DNA of 63,873 nucleotides, the filler included, from Aduncisulcus paluster (Eukaryota), in NCBI GenBank assembly GCA_024181965.1. It is 41 parts of 41 records of this genome, joined end to end, with 100 filler letters (N's around TTAATTAATTAA, not from the genome) between each part and the next. Parts side by side here need not be neighbours in the genome. Positions count along the whole stretch, not along the records: positions 21,874 to 23,578 come from BQXS01008644.1; positions 23,679 to 25,793 come from BQXS01008647.1; positions 25,894 to 27,512 come from BQXS01008665.1; positions 27,613 to 28,774 come from BQXS01008705.1; positions 28,875 to 30,275 come from BQXS01008735.1; positions 30,376 to 32,154 come from BQXS01008751.1; positions 32,255 to 34,323 come from BQXS01008776.1; positions 34,424 to 35,469 come from BQXS01008815.1; 33 more parts are not named here. The stretch is one strand, 5' to 3'. Below the pieces are notes generated by a model. That model was not told the DNA's origin and did not search any database. It saw only the letters and a program-made list of their open reading frames with translations. The translations under genes and the position numbers were made by a program. Below, piece after piece: positions 21,874 to 34,425 of this stretch; position 1 is the stretch's first letter; each line of letters opens with the position of its first letter.

Positions 21874-23519
21874 AATCCGCGCCACCCCGCAGCCCAAGCA
21901 GTTCACCGCGTTGCCAGTGGCCGCCGATCCCACGACGGTGATTGTGAAGGGCGAGTCCGACCGGCCGGCACAGCCGGCCCGCAAGCTGATCACGACCGTC
22001 GGTCATCAACTCTCAAAGGTGGGACCCCGCGCACCGCAGTTGTGGCTGCCGCCATTGGACACCGCCATCCCGTTGGCCGATGTGCTGAGCCAGACCGGGA
22101 TCCCGGCCCGCCAGTTGCGCTGGCCGCTCGGCGAGATCGACAAGCCCTTCCAGATGCGCCGCGATCCACTGATCTTCGACGCGACCTCGGCGGCCGGAAA
22201 TGCGATCATTCACGGCGGTCCGAAGTCCGNNNNNNNNNNNNNNNNNNNNCGGCAGCGTCGCCAGCGCCCTTGAGCCTGAGCGTATTCGGCGCACCTTCGG
22301 TGAGCTGGAGCAGCTACTGGCATACCGGCAGCGGCTGTTCCGCGACCGCGGCATCGCCTCGGTGAGCCAGTTGCGTGCCCTGCGGGACAGCGACCACACC
22401 CTGGACGACGGCTATGGTGAGACCTTCCTGATCGTGGACAACCTATACGCGTTCAGCCGTGACAACACCGATCAGTTCAACACCCGGAACCCGTTGCTGG
22501 CCAGGCTTACCGAGCTGGCCAACGCAGGACTGTCGTACGGCATCCACGTCGTGATCACGACTCCGAACTGGATCGAGGTGCCGCTGGCGATGCGCGATTC
22601 TCTCGGACTGCGCCTCGAGCTCAAGCTGCACGACTCGGCAGACAGCAATGTGCGGGTTCCCGGCGCGCTGCGCCGCCCCGCCGAAAGTGTTCCGCACGAT
22701 CAGCCGGGTCGCGGTCTGACCATGCAGGCCGAGCACTTCCTGTTCGCGGCGTCGGACGCCAAGACTGTGGAGTCGGTCAACGCCAACTACCCGGGGGCCA
22801 AGGCACCTGCCGTCCGCCTCCTGCCTGCAGACCTGGCACCCAATGCCATCGGNNNNNNNNNNNNNNNNNNNNCGCTGCTGCGCCACGTCATCCGTACCAT
22901 CCGCGAGCATTCGACACCCGATCAGGTGGCGTTCACGGTTCTGGATCGGCGTCTGCATCTTGTCGACGAACCGCTGTTCCCCGACAACGAGTACACCCCC
23001 AACATCGACCGGATTACCCCGGCGATGCTGGGCCTCGGCGGACTGCTGGAGAAGCGTCGGCCACCGGCCGGACTCTCCAATGAGGAACTGCACAACTGGG
23101 TGTCACGTGGGGTGACCGCACAGCGGCACTACCTGATCATCGACGATGTCGACCAGATCCCCGACACACCGGCTGTCAGCGGTCCGTACATCGGGCAGCG
23201 TCCCTGGAATCCGATCACCGGATTGCTCGCCGAGGCACGCGAGCTGGGTCTGCGGGTGATCATCACCGCACGCGCCACGGGATCGGGTCACATCCTGATG
23301 ACCAACCCCATGCTGCGCCGGTTCCACGAGCTGCAGGCCAACACCCTGATGCTCAGCGGCAGCCCGCAGGACGGGGGCCGCATCCGCGGGCATCGTTTCG
23401 AGCGTCTACCTGCCGGTCGCGGAGTTCTGTTGTCCGACAACGATGTACCCACGTACGTACAGACCGTCAATCCGTTCGTCAGCGAGCATGCCGCTCAAGG
23501 AAGGGAGTACCCACGATGA
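21874..23519 (+). CDS. eccC3: Type VII secretion ATPase EccC (ESX-3 type), C-terminal part
   Basis: LWLPPL, HGGPKS(G), FLIVDN, LRLELKL, PGRGL, IIDDVD, LPAGRG. Followed by a PE5-like gene as in ESX-3. Confidence 0.88.
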
Positions 23520-23578
23520 ATCTCAACGTCGTTCCAGAAGGTCTGACCGCCACCAGTGCGGCCGTGGAGGCGCTGACC
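23516..23578 (+). CDS. PE family protein start (PE5-like)
   Basis: [25 protein letters not shown] overlap with the eccC stop. Confidence 0.85.
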
Positions 23579-23678
23579 NNNNNNNNNNNNNNNNNNNNNN
23601 NNNNNNNNNNNNNNNNNNNNNNTTAATTAATTAANNNNNNNNNNNNNNNNNNNNNNNNNNNNNNNNNNNNNNNNNNNN

Positions 23679-24183
<505 letters not shown>

Positions 24184-24642
24184 TTAATCACGCGTGTGAA
24201 CAAAAACATGCAATGGATTGACTCGACGAGTCAACAGGATTCCTTAAAAAGTGAAGAATGATGAAGACCATAGTTCGGCGGAACACAATCGCCAAAGATA
24301 AATTTTTGCGTTGTGAAAAATTTGTTCATATTTTTTATTATTGTTGATATATATTCCAGTGATGACATTGAACAATCCTGATGGAAACCCTATATAGACG
24401 AAGTGTTCCTTCCTGATAATAGACATTTGGAAAATAATGGGGATTCAAAAGTTTAGAATTGAAGTTAATGAGGGAGATCTTTGTTTCCTGACCGAGTTGT
24501 GGATTGATCTGATAATTTACTATATGACGGCAAAATTCGATCAAACCATCTTGAAAACACGTGCTGAAAAAACGAGAAGAAGCAAGAAATCATTTATTGT
24601 TAAGTGTATCCAAAGAGAAGTTTTGAGGGAGAATGAAATATT

Positions 24643-25793
24643 CTAAACAAGACTAATTTGTAATTTTCCCATTACATTTACATCAACAAGGGTGGAATCA
24701 TCAATGCATTCGCCAATACACCCACATACATCACGTTTAGTGCAGTCACTTGATGTGGGATCAGGGACTAAACAAGCTATTTTATCAGACAGAACAACCG
24801 AAGAAAAATCCATTCTTGTGTGAGCATGAATTCGAACGCCACGCCAGTTTGTGCAATCAAATGATACTGAATTCAGGTGACCTATGTCATTACTTGCTAT
24901 TGAAATAGATTTGGGTGGAGAGTGCGTTATATCTGAGATGAGATCAGTAAATGAAAGCTCAATAAAAGTTGAGGCAGTCATATTGACAAGTGTCGATGAT
25001 AAAGGTACAACAGAGGCTCCTGAGGATGAAATATCGTCATCATTCGTAGAAACATCGTTTGTTTGTCCAATTTTCTCAACACTACTATCTGTTTCAGGAG
25101 GGATCTCACACATGACCGAAATATCAGAACCAACGATACTTCCGTTAACACTGACAATATTTCCACACATTGTTACATTATTCAGCGAAATATTCGATCC
25201 TGCACCGATTCCGCAGGCAACAATCGTGGAATCTTTAAGGGAGAGGGTAGAAATGTTTGCAGCAAGAGATATCGAAGCATCACCAAATTGAAGATCAGAA
25301 AGAGTTATATTTGTCGGGCAATATGAATAAGATCCAAGGGAAACGTAGGATAATGTTGCTGAATCAGGGATTACAACATCAATATCATTCTGATTGCAGT
25401 TGTTGACACTCCAGGGCGAAGGAGATTTATAAGAATCAAGATAAATATATGAAATTGTTGAATCAATCGAAGGAGCATCTTTAACTTCCAAAATCGAAGA
25501 ATCATGTGAAAAAATCGATTGAACTGGTTCATCTTCTGGAATTGTATATTCGGGGAAAGAATGTTCAAAGGCGTCATACGAATAGAAAGAGTGATAGAAC
25601 GCAGCGTTGTTATCAGTCAAGACAGGATCATCATCGTTGCTACTTATTTGTGCTGGAGGGGAGGCTGAAATTGTGATATTTCCTGGTCCAAACAAACCCT
25701 TAATTCCGTAAACACAATCACCTGTAGTACAAGTATCAAGAAATGAATTAGCCTTATCAGACATTGGATGGAGACCACAGATGGTTAAAGCAA
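24643..25793 (-). CDS. Protist Ser/Asp/Cys-rich extracellular-like hypothetical protein (partial)
   Basis: Open for more than 370 codons, with beta-helix-like alternating hydrophobic pattern. Confidence 0.6.
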
Positions 25794-26094
25794 NNNNNNN
25801 NNNNNNNNNNNNNNNNNNNNNNNNNNNNNNNNNNNNNTTAATTAATTAANNNNNNNNNNNNNNNNNNNNNNNNNNNNNNNNNNNNNNNNNNNNGATGGAA
25901 AGCTTAAAGATATGTCTAACCCCGACTTCCAGTGCCCAGAGCATCACGTTCCATATGCCCAATAGGGCTAGGTTTATTTCTGAATTCTTTTTCCCTGCTA
26001 GGTTTTCTTTCTTAAATAAATATTATTACTGTACTATACTCTCGACCGAAGAAATTGCAAAAGCGATCCATGTGGCTGAAAGATCCGTCGAAAG

Positions 26095-26342
26095 TGTAAG
26101 ATGTTCGCGACATCTATATAGTATTAGGCCTTTTATAGCTCAGCTGGTTTGTCAACAGTGTTGCAACACTGAAGGACCCGGGGTCGAATCCCGGAACGCG
26201 CAAATATCGGGGGCTATAATAAATGGGTGCAATGCCAAAACTGCGGTTGGAAGATGCTATAACGTCCTAATAGGGGCAGTGTAAGATGTTCGCGACATCT
26301 ATATAGTATTAGGCCTTTTATAGCTCAGCTGGTTTGTCAACA
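26095..26342 (+). mobile_element. 248-bp TRIM-like miniature LTR retroelement
   Basis: Identical 63-bp direct repeats 26095-26157 and 26280-26342 (TGT...ACA), TSD GAAAG at 26090-26094 and 26343-26347, purine tract AATAGGGGCAG before the 3' repeat, 122-bp internal region. Confidence 0.88.
26129..26201 (+). promoter_or_regulatory. tRNA-derived Pol III type-2 promoter-like element inside the TRIM
   Basis: A-box TAGCTCAGCTGG (26136-26147). T-arm CCGGG-GTCGAAT-CCCGG (26178-26194) at tRNA spacing. Acceptor and D stems do not pair. Confidence 0.7.
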
Positions 26343-28874
26343 GAAAGATGGGTTGCAAATTGGAAAAAAAGGGCAATTAGAGGAGGAACAGGGTACAAGA
26401 AGAAGAGTTCGGACAATAACGGACGAAATCTCAAGGTCAATCAAAGGAAAGGTGGAGGCTGAGCCAGGGATAATGTTGGATGAAATCCAATCATTTATAA
26501 GGGCTACGCATCACACGGAATTAGCCTTATCCTCAATCTGCTCCTTTCTTCACCGATCAGGTTACACTTACAAGTAGATTTCATGCATCGCGCGAAGGGT
26601 TCAGAGGAACCAGATACTAGCATTTGAAAAAAAAATGGATCAGGTCATTAAGATAAATCACGGAACAAGGAATTTTGTTTTTGTAGACGAAACAGGGGTA
26701 GACCAAAGAACGATGCTCAGAGAAAGGGCATATGGGAGAAAGGGAGAGAGGATTCGAGTTCTCTCAAACAAACAACTGAGGAGCAAGAGAATCTCGTATA
26801 TTGCCTTTCTAGGCATGAAAGGATGGATCCTCTTCGATAGAATAGTTGGCTCACATTGTGTCGCCACATTTCTATCCTCGGTACGAACACTCCTGGCATC
26901 GGGAGCGGTTATCCCCCATACAAAGAATCACATATGGGTATTGGATAACTGTTCTATCCATACGAGTCCAAAAACCATCGCATTCCTGAAGAAAAATGGG
27001 ATTTACCCGTTCTTTTTACCCACTTACTGCCCTTTTTTGACACCGGTCGAAAATGGGTTTAGTGTCATTAAAAAAATATTAAAACGCACTTCTCCAAGCG
27101 AAATAACGGATGCATATGGCCTTTGTCGACAAACCGATCTTGCCTTCTTCAGCAAAAGCGATGTCTGTGCCTACAATCCCAAACCCCATTATTCTCAAAC
27201 CAATTGGATACATAAAACAGTACATGCCATTGGTTATAGAGAAGATGGATATTATAGATCTAAGACAACTCAAAAGGTTCTCGACTTAAAAGAAGATGAT
27301 CCACCATTTTCATTCCCTCATGAAGGAATTGAATATTGGGTATCAGATGAAAATGGTATATTACATTTAGAATAAATTTTTATAAATATACATTTATTTA
27401 ATTAACAGATTGATAGAAAACAAAATAGATATAATCTCGAGGTCTTGGAGATTTCTTTCAAAGAGACAAGGAGAACTTCCCCTTATTCCTCACTTCCAGG
27501 TGATATTTGATCNNNNNNNNNNNNNNNNNNNNNNNNNNNNNNNNNNNNNNNNNNNNTTAATTAATTAANNNNNNNNNNNNNNNNNNNNNNNNNNNNNNNN
27601 NNNNNNNNNNNNTGACAAAAATATCCCTCCACCCCTCATAGAGTTTTCACCGAAAATCTGAGGTCTCTAGCTTAAGAAACCATGGAGATACATCATCCTT
27701 GAGGGAGGGCTTACCAATACCCCCCCTCTCATATATATGGTATCCGGGGGTGCACGATTCTAGCGCGACCCCCAGAAACCTAATTGTTTCAAACGGGCCT
27801 TGAGCGAACTCTGATGACCAAAACACAATGATAGGAGACATTCATTAGATTATAGACATATATTGTAGATTAAGCTCGTTTATCCCTAGAGCTTTTCACC
27901 AAACGAGAAAGACAAAAAATGCACTTTTTCTGAGGCGGAAGCCACAACCAAAATTTTAAGGGTTCATGGTCAAAACATATATTAACTACATATGTCTACA
28001 TTACAGCATATATAGAAGTCGAGACCTGAAGAGGAGAACTTGAGCACACCCATGACAATTCTCATGTTAATTACAAGATCGAGCTCTTCCCTCATAATGT
28101 AGTAATTACTTGAAGATATTATGTTTATATCATATGTCACCATACAACTCTCTCCCTCCTCACCCCATCTATTACTCTCCAGCATCCTCTCATATCTCTT
28201 GACTCAATTTCCAACATCTCACCAGGTGATTATTTTCCCTCATAAAGACTACTTCTCCCCCAAATGAGAACTATTATATAATAGTGCTAAACCACTACTA
28301 TATAGTGTGCTTAAATCATATTACTTTGTTCTTTATATACCTCCTTTCCCCCTCAATATCTGCTTTATCACATTTTCCCTCATATTATTAACTAACTATC
28401 TTTTTATCAACTATTCGTATTAAAATTTTACTTTACTTAAATCATATTTTGGTGTTTATAAACACTCTCTTTCTTTACTTTATACTTTCTTCCCAAAAAA
28501 AAAACAAAACAAAACAAAAACAAAAAAATACCAAGCAGAAGCAATAGAACTCTTCCTAACCCCTCATGACCTTAAGAGGCTTGTCCCACAGTGATTGGGG
28601 GCGAATAAGGAACTGTGATATTGCCTCTCTGTATCCTGATTGGGCTGTGAGCCTCAGATGTCGCCCCAAGAGCAATAGCTCCAGGCCGGTTTAGGTGTTA
28701 TCCTAACTAATAAACTGTTATACTACTGTACTATACTGTACTATAATCTTTCTTTGTACTATAATCTTTCTTTGNNNNNNNNNNNNNNNNNNNNNNNNNN
28801 NNNNNNNNNNNNNNNNNNTTAATTAATTAANNNNNNNNNNNNNNNNNNNNNNNNNNNNNNNNNNNNNNNNNNNN

Positions 28875-30275
28875 ATCAAATCGTACTAAGGATTTTGCAT
28901 CATCAAATAAAAATTTTGCTAAAGTTTTTGCTGATTCTGTTTTACCAACACCTGTTGGTCCTAAAAACATAAAACTCCCAATAGGACGACTATCATCACT
29001 CAGTCCTGCTTTATTTCTTTTTATCGCGCGACTTATTGCTTTTAAAGCTTCATCTTGACCAATAACATCAGCTTTTAAAACATTTTCTATCTGTAAAACT
29101 CTTTCTTTTTCACTTGATATCATTTTGTTAATAGGGATACCAGTCCACCGTGATACAATACTTGCAATAGCATCTTCATCAACAAAATTTCTTAAAAGTG
29201 TTCCTGATGCTTGCATTTTTGCCNNNNNNNNNNNNNNNNNNNNNNNNNNNNNNNNNNNNNNNNNNNNNNNNNNNNNNNNNNNNNNNNNNNNNNNNNNNNN
29301 NNNNNNNNNNNNNNNNNNNNNNNNNNNNNNNNNNNNNNNNNNNNNNNNNNNNNNNNNNNNNNNNNNNNNNNNNNNNNNNNNNTTCTTCAAATTTACTCTC
29401 TCTTTTTGCTCTCTCTGCTTTACTTCTTAATTCATCTATTTGTGTTTTGATTGTAGAAATAGCATTAAAAGTCTCTTTTTCATTTGTAAATTGTGTTTCC
29501 AAATTTCTTTGCTTCTCTTTTAAATTTGACAACTCCTCTTCTATCTCTTTTAATCTATTTGTATTTTTATCACTTTTTTCCATTTTTAAAGCTTCTTTTT
29601 CAACAGCTAAAGTACCAATCTCTCTTTTTGTAATGGATAAAATTGTTGGTTCAGATTCAATTTGCATTTTTAATTCAGCTGCTGCCTCATCTATCAAATC
29701 AATCGCTTTATCTGGTAAAAATCTATCTGTAATATATCTATGACTTAATTTTGCAGCACTTACCAATGCACTATCTTTTATAGTTACATTGTGAAAAGTT
29801 TCAAGTTTTTCTTTAATACCACGCAATATTTGTAATGCTTCATTCACACTTGGTTCATCAACATTTACAGGTTGAAACCTTCTTTGCATAGCTGTATCTT
29901 TTTCAAAATACTTTCTATACTCTTTTAATGTAGTTGCTCCAATTGTATGCAACTCACCTCTTGCTAATGCTGGTTTAAGAATATTTGCAGCATCCATACT
30001 TCCTTCACTTGCCCCTGCACCTATAATAGTATGGATTTCATCGATAAATAAAATAATATTTCCTACTTTTTGTACCTCTTTTATTACAGCTTTGAGTCTG
30101 TCTTCAAACTCACCTCTATATTTAGCACCTGCAATTAAAGCAGACATATCAAGAGATATTACTTTTTTATTCAATAATGATGTTGGAACATCTTTGTTCA
30201 CAATTCTTTGAGCAAGTCCCTCTGCAATTGCAGTTTTACCTGTTCCAGGTTCTCCTAATAAAATAGGATTATTCT
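28875..30275 (-). CDS. clpB: Chaperone ClpB (partial, gapped)
   Basis: [38 protein letters not shown], coiled-coil M domain, [11 protein letters not shown]. Confidence 0.96.
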
Positions 30276-30375
30276 NNNNNNNNNNNNNNNNNNNNNNNNN
30301 NNNNNNNNNNNNNNNNNNNTTAATTAATTAANNNNNNNNNNNNNNNNNNNNNNNNNNNNNNNNNNNNNNNNNNNN

Positions 30376-30590
30376 GGAGGGATAGCTTCATATTTTACAT
30401 AAAGTCGATTTTCTTTGTCAAAGACATTTCCCAAATGCACACCATTTTTATCAAAAAATTGTGTCGTTAACCTTGGTTTATATTCTACTATTTTATCAAC
30501 ATCAAATCGAATTTGTGAATATAAAATAATGAGTCCAATAAAAATTGATATTATAAAAAATACTATAAGAAGGAGAAACTTTTTAATCAT
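30376..30590 (-). CDS. Penicillin-binding protein 1A, N-terminus
   Basis: TM helix then YKPRLTTQFFDKNG..ENRLYVKYEAIP, as in Campylobacterota PBP1A. Confidence 0.8.
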
Positions 30591-31460
30591 GTTCGAAACT
30601 TTCTATTTTTGAAATTACTTGAAATAAGTTGTTTTGTATAGTTTTCTTTTGGTTCTTGCAAAATTTTTTGTAATTTTCCCATCTCACAAATTTTGCCATT
30701 TTGTAATATAATAATATCTTTGCNNNNNNNNNNNNNNNNNNNNNNNNNNNNNNNNNNNNNNNNNNNNNNNNNNNNNNNNNNNNNNNNNNNNNNNNNNNNN
30801 NNNNNNNNNNNNNNNNNNNNNNNNNNNNNNNNNNNNNNNNNNNNNNNNNNNNNNNNNNNGCAGATATTTTGAACTGATTCTATATCATGGCTTACAAAGA
30901 GAATTAAAAAATGCATTTTTTTCTGCAAGTTGGTGATGATTTCTAAGACAGCTTTCTTACTATCTTTATCCAATGCAGTGGTTGGTTCATCCAAGAGTAA
31001 TATTTTAGGATTTTTACTTAATGCAATTGCTATAACAACTCGTTGGAGTTGACCACCACTTAGTTCTAATGGAAATTTATTTTTAACACTTAAGTTGAGT
31101 TTGACCAATGTAAGTAAATCATCTATTTTCTCTTCATCACAAAAAAATTGTTTTGTGATTTTTGTAATAGGGGAGAGTGAAGTAAATGGATTTTGTGGAA
31201 TAAATCCTATATTTTCATGATTTAATTCAAAGTCACATTGACAATTAAATGTAACATTAAGTTCCTTTGGTGTCATATTTAAAATTGTTTTCAGTGTAAG
31301 TGATTTTCCACTACCACTTTCACCTACTAGAGCAATAGAATGATTTAAAATAACTGGGTTATTATCTTGTATTAAATCTACTACCGTATTGTTATCTGAT
31401 TTTAATAATAATTTATTGATTATANNNNNNNNNNNNNNNNNNNNTTATAAGTTCAGGCAT
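30587..31460 (-). CDS. Dpp/Opp/Nik-type ABC transporter ATP-binding protein
   Basis: LVGESGSGKS, LSGGQLQR, LLDEPTTALD, VSHD. Confidence 0.93.
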
Positions 31461-31466
31461 AGTTTA

Positions 31467-32154
31467 TTAAATAAGCGCTTCATCCATCTCATCTGGGATA
31501 GTGATATTCATAAGTTTTAAAATAGTTGGTGCAATATTATTTAAAGAACCCTCTTTTACCTTGGTAATACCATCAGAAATTACAAAACAGTAAACATCTC
31601 CTACGGTATGATTAGTAAGAGTTTTTCCATCTTCATTTTTCATCATTTCACAGTTTCCATGATCGCTTGTAATCACTATATTATAATCATGCAATTTAGC
31701 TTTTTCTATAATCTTTCCAAGTTCTAAATCAACAGCCTCTACAGCTTTAATACCCGCTTCATAAACCCCTGTATGTCCTACCATATCACCATTTGCAAAA
31801 TTTACAACGATAAAATCTATATCATTTTCAATACCATTTTGAACAGCAAGCGAAACTTCAGGTGCTGACATCTCTGGTTTTATATCATAAGTCGATACTT
31901 TGGGTGAAGGGATTAATACTCTTGTTTCATTTTCAAATGGTTCCTCTTTGCCTCCATTAAAGAAAAATGTAACATGCGCATATTTTTCTGTTTCAGCTGT
32001 ATGGAGTTGTTTTAAATTGTTCTTTGAGATAACTTCACTTAGTGTGTTTGATGGAGTATTTTTAGGAAACATAACAGGTAGTGGTAAATTTTTATCATAC
32101 TGAGTCATTGTTGTAATATTGATTGTCAGTTCACTGTTTGTGGAAAATGCACTG
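31467..32154 (-). CDS. gpmI: 2,3-BPG-independent phosphoglycerate mutase, C-terminal part
   Basis: [36 protein letters not shown]. Confidence 0.97.
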
Positions 32155-32254
32155 NNNNNNNNNNNNNNNNNNNNNNNNNNNNNNNNNNNNNNNNNNNNTT
32201 AATTAATTAANNNNNNNNNNNNNNNNNNNNNNNNNNNNNNNNNNNNNNNNNNNN

Positions 32255-33349
32255 AGGAGGACATCTAAGCGTTGCAAAATCTTTTATAGATGAATTTGAT
32301 AATCGTGGATATGATGTGATTTTTGTTGGTTCACAAAAAGGACAAGATAAACAGTGGTTTGAAAACTATTCTGGACTATATCAAAGTTATTTTTTAAAAA
32401 CACAAGGTGTTGTTAATCAAAAATTATTTGGGAAAATTAATTCTTTATTTATGATAGGTAAAGCTGTATTAAAAACTATACAAATAATTCGACAAGAAAA
32501 AATAACCAAGGTGATTAGTGTTGGTGGATTTAGCGCAGCTCCTGCTAGTTTTGCAGCTATTTTAACAAAAACAGATTTTTATATACATGAGCAAAATTCT
32601 GNNNNNNNNNNNNNNNNNNNNNNNNNNNNNNNNNNNNNNNNNNNNNNNNNNNNNNNNNNNNNNNNNNNNNNNNNNNNNNNNNNNNNNNNNNNNCAATACT
32701 ATTACTCAAAAATATGCTAAAGAGTTGTTTAGCTCTTATTTAAAAAGCTCAAAAGTGAAAGATTATCCTATTCAAACAAAATTTTTTGAGAATGCAAGAA
32801 TAAGAAAAGAGATAAAAACTGTTATATTTTTAGGTGGGAGTCAAGGTGCGAGTGCTATAAATAATTTTGCATTNNNNNNNNNNNNNNNNNNNNATAAATA
32901 ATTTTGCATTAAAAGTTGCACCAAAATTACAAGAGATGAATATAGAAATTATTCATCAAACTGGAAAAAATGATTTTGAAAATATACAAAAAGAGTATGA
33001 AAGATTAAATATAAAAGCAGATGTTTTTGATTTTTCTACAGAGTTAATAGAAAAAATGAACAAAGCAGACTTTGCAGTGAGTCGTTCTGGTGCTTCTACT
33101 TTATGGGAGCTTGTAGCCCTAGGTATTCCAACTTTTTTCATACCTTTCCCTCATGCTGCTTCAAATCATCAGTATTTTAATGCAAAGTATTTACTTGAGA
33201 ATCATTTATGTTATTTACAATCAGAAAATGAATTGAGTGAAAACTATTTTTTTGAATGTTTAGAGAAAGACTTAGAAGAAAAAAGTAAAAAACTTATTCA
33301 ATGTATTGAAAAAGATGCAGTGAAAAGAATTGCAGATATTATAGAATAA
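32255..33349 (+). CDS. murG: MurG glycosyltransferase (gapped)
   Basis: GGHL, VGGFSAAP, IHEQN, GGSQGA, SRSGAST, HQYFNA. Confidence 0.95.
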
Positions 33350-33387
33350 GTAGATCAATGATAATAAATTGGTCTACTTAAGTTACT

Positions 33388-34323
33388 TTAGAGGATTCTT
33401 TTTTGATTTACAGTATTTTTAATCTGTTTTGAAATATTATCCATTTCTATAGCACTATTTTTTGTTTGTGATGCAATGTCTGCATTTTGCTGTGTTTGAG
33501 TATCAAGTGATATGATTGTTTCATTTATTTGAATAATACGCTCTTCTTGATCTTTACTTGAACGCTCTATATCATGAATTAAATTCATCGTTTCGTTTAT
33601 TTTATTCTGTAATTGTTGATACCCTTCACTCATTTTGTTTGATATATTTTTACCCGAAATAGCTTTATGTGCTGCATTCTCAACTAATGCTTTGATTTGA
33701 TTTGCTGCTTCTGCACTTCTTGAAGCAAGATTTCGTACCTCTTGTGCAACAACTGCAAATCCTTTTCCTGCTTCACCAGCTGTAGCTGCTTCTACAGCTG
33801 CATTAAGAGATAAAATATTAGTTTGAAATGCAATTTTATCAATAATACTAATTGCTTCATTAATTGCTGTAACTTCAGTATTAATTTGTTCCATCGATTT
33901 TGTTGTTTTAAAAGCTAAATCCTGACCTGTAGTTGAAACTTGGATCAACTCATTTGAAAATATTGACATTTGTTGAATATTTTGAGTGCTTTTTGATATG
34001 TTTTTTGTAATTTGGTCAACAGATGATGTTGTTTTTTCTAGTGAAGTTGCAGCTTTATTTGAGTTGGTATTTAGTATATCTACATTATTTAAAAGTAAAG
34101 TTGAGTTACTTTCTAAAACCTCTCCTTGATGTTTATTTTCTTTTACCATACTTATAATAGAATCTCTTAAATTATGAATACCATCAATTAGCTCTTTATA
34201 TTCTCCTGTAATTGTTCTATTTGTTTTTATTGATGGTGTGTAGTTATACTGAGAATATTGAGTTAATGTATCTAAAATATTTTTGAAAAGGTTTTGTTGT
34301 ACATCAAGTGTTTGGTTAACAAT
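33388..34323 (-). CDS. Methyl-accepting chemotaxis protein, C-terminus
   Basis: [37 protein letters not shown]. Confidence 0.97.
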   Translation of the reverse strand: MVNQTLDVQQNLFKNILDTLTQYSQYNYTPSIKTNRTITGEYKELIDGIHNLRDSIISMVKENKHQGEVLESNSTLLLNNVDILNTNSNKAATSLEKTTSSVDQITKNISKSTQNIQQMSIFSNELIQVSTTGQDLAFKTTKSMEQINTEVTAINEAISIIDKIAFQTNILSLNAAVEAATAGEAGKGFAVVAQEVRNLASRSAEAANQIKALVENAAHKAISGKNISNKMSEGYQQLQNKINETMNLIHDIERSSKDQEERIIQINETIISLDTQTQQNADIASQTKNSAIEMDNISKQIKNTVNQKRIL

Positions 34324-34425
34324 NNNNNNNNNNNNNNNNNNNNNNNNNNNNNNNNNNNNNNNNNNNNTTAATTAATTAANNNNNNNNNNNNNNNNNNNNN
34401 NNNNNNNNNNNNNNNNNNNNNNNAT

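Larger units (their letters stand above)
25954..27375 (+). pseudogene. Tc1/mariner-IS630 DD34E transposase, disrupted by a TRIM insertion, a frameshift and a TAG
   Basis: HTH STEEIAKAIHVAERSVE|RWVANWKK is restored when the insert is removed. Frameshift at the A7 run 26364-26370, TAG at 26575. FVDETG, VLDNCSIH and TPVE with 34 residues between the second D and the E. Confidence 0.88.

Noticed and set aside
20754-23578. Effector gene linked to the ESX-3 locus
   Set aside because: A linker at 21774-21873 separates the contigs, so adjacency is arbitrary.
26129-26201. Functional tRNA-Cys/Ala gene
   Set aside because: Acceptor and D stems do not pair and the anticodon loop is not 7 nt. Kept only as a tRNA-derived promoter-like element.
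25895-26284. 129-aa ORF as a real gene
   Set aside because: It is the transposase N-terminus reading through into the TRIM, stopping in the 3' LTR.
27647-28185. Short minus-strand ORFs in the non-coding protist contig
   Set aside because: Under 70 aa, with no motifs or codon bias.
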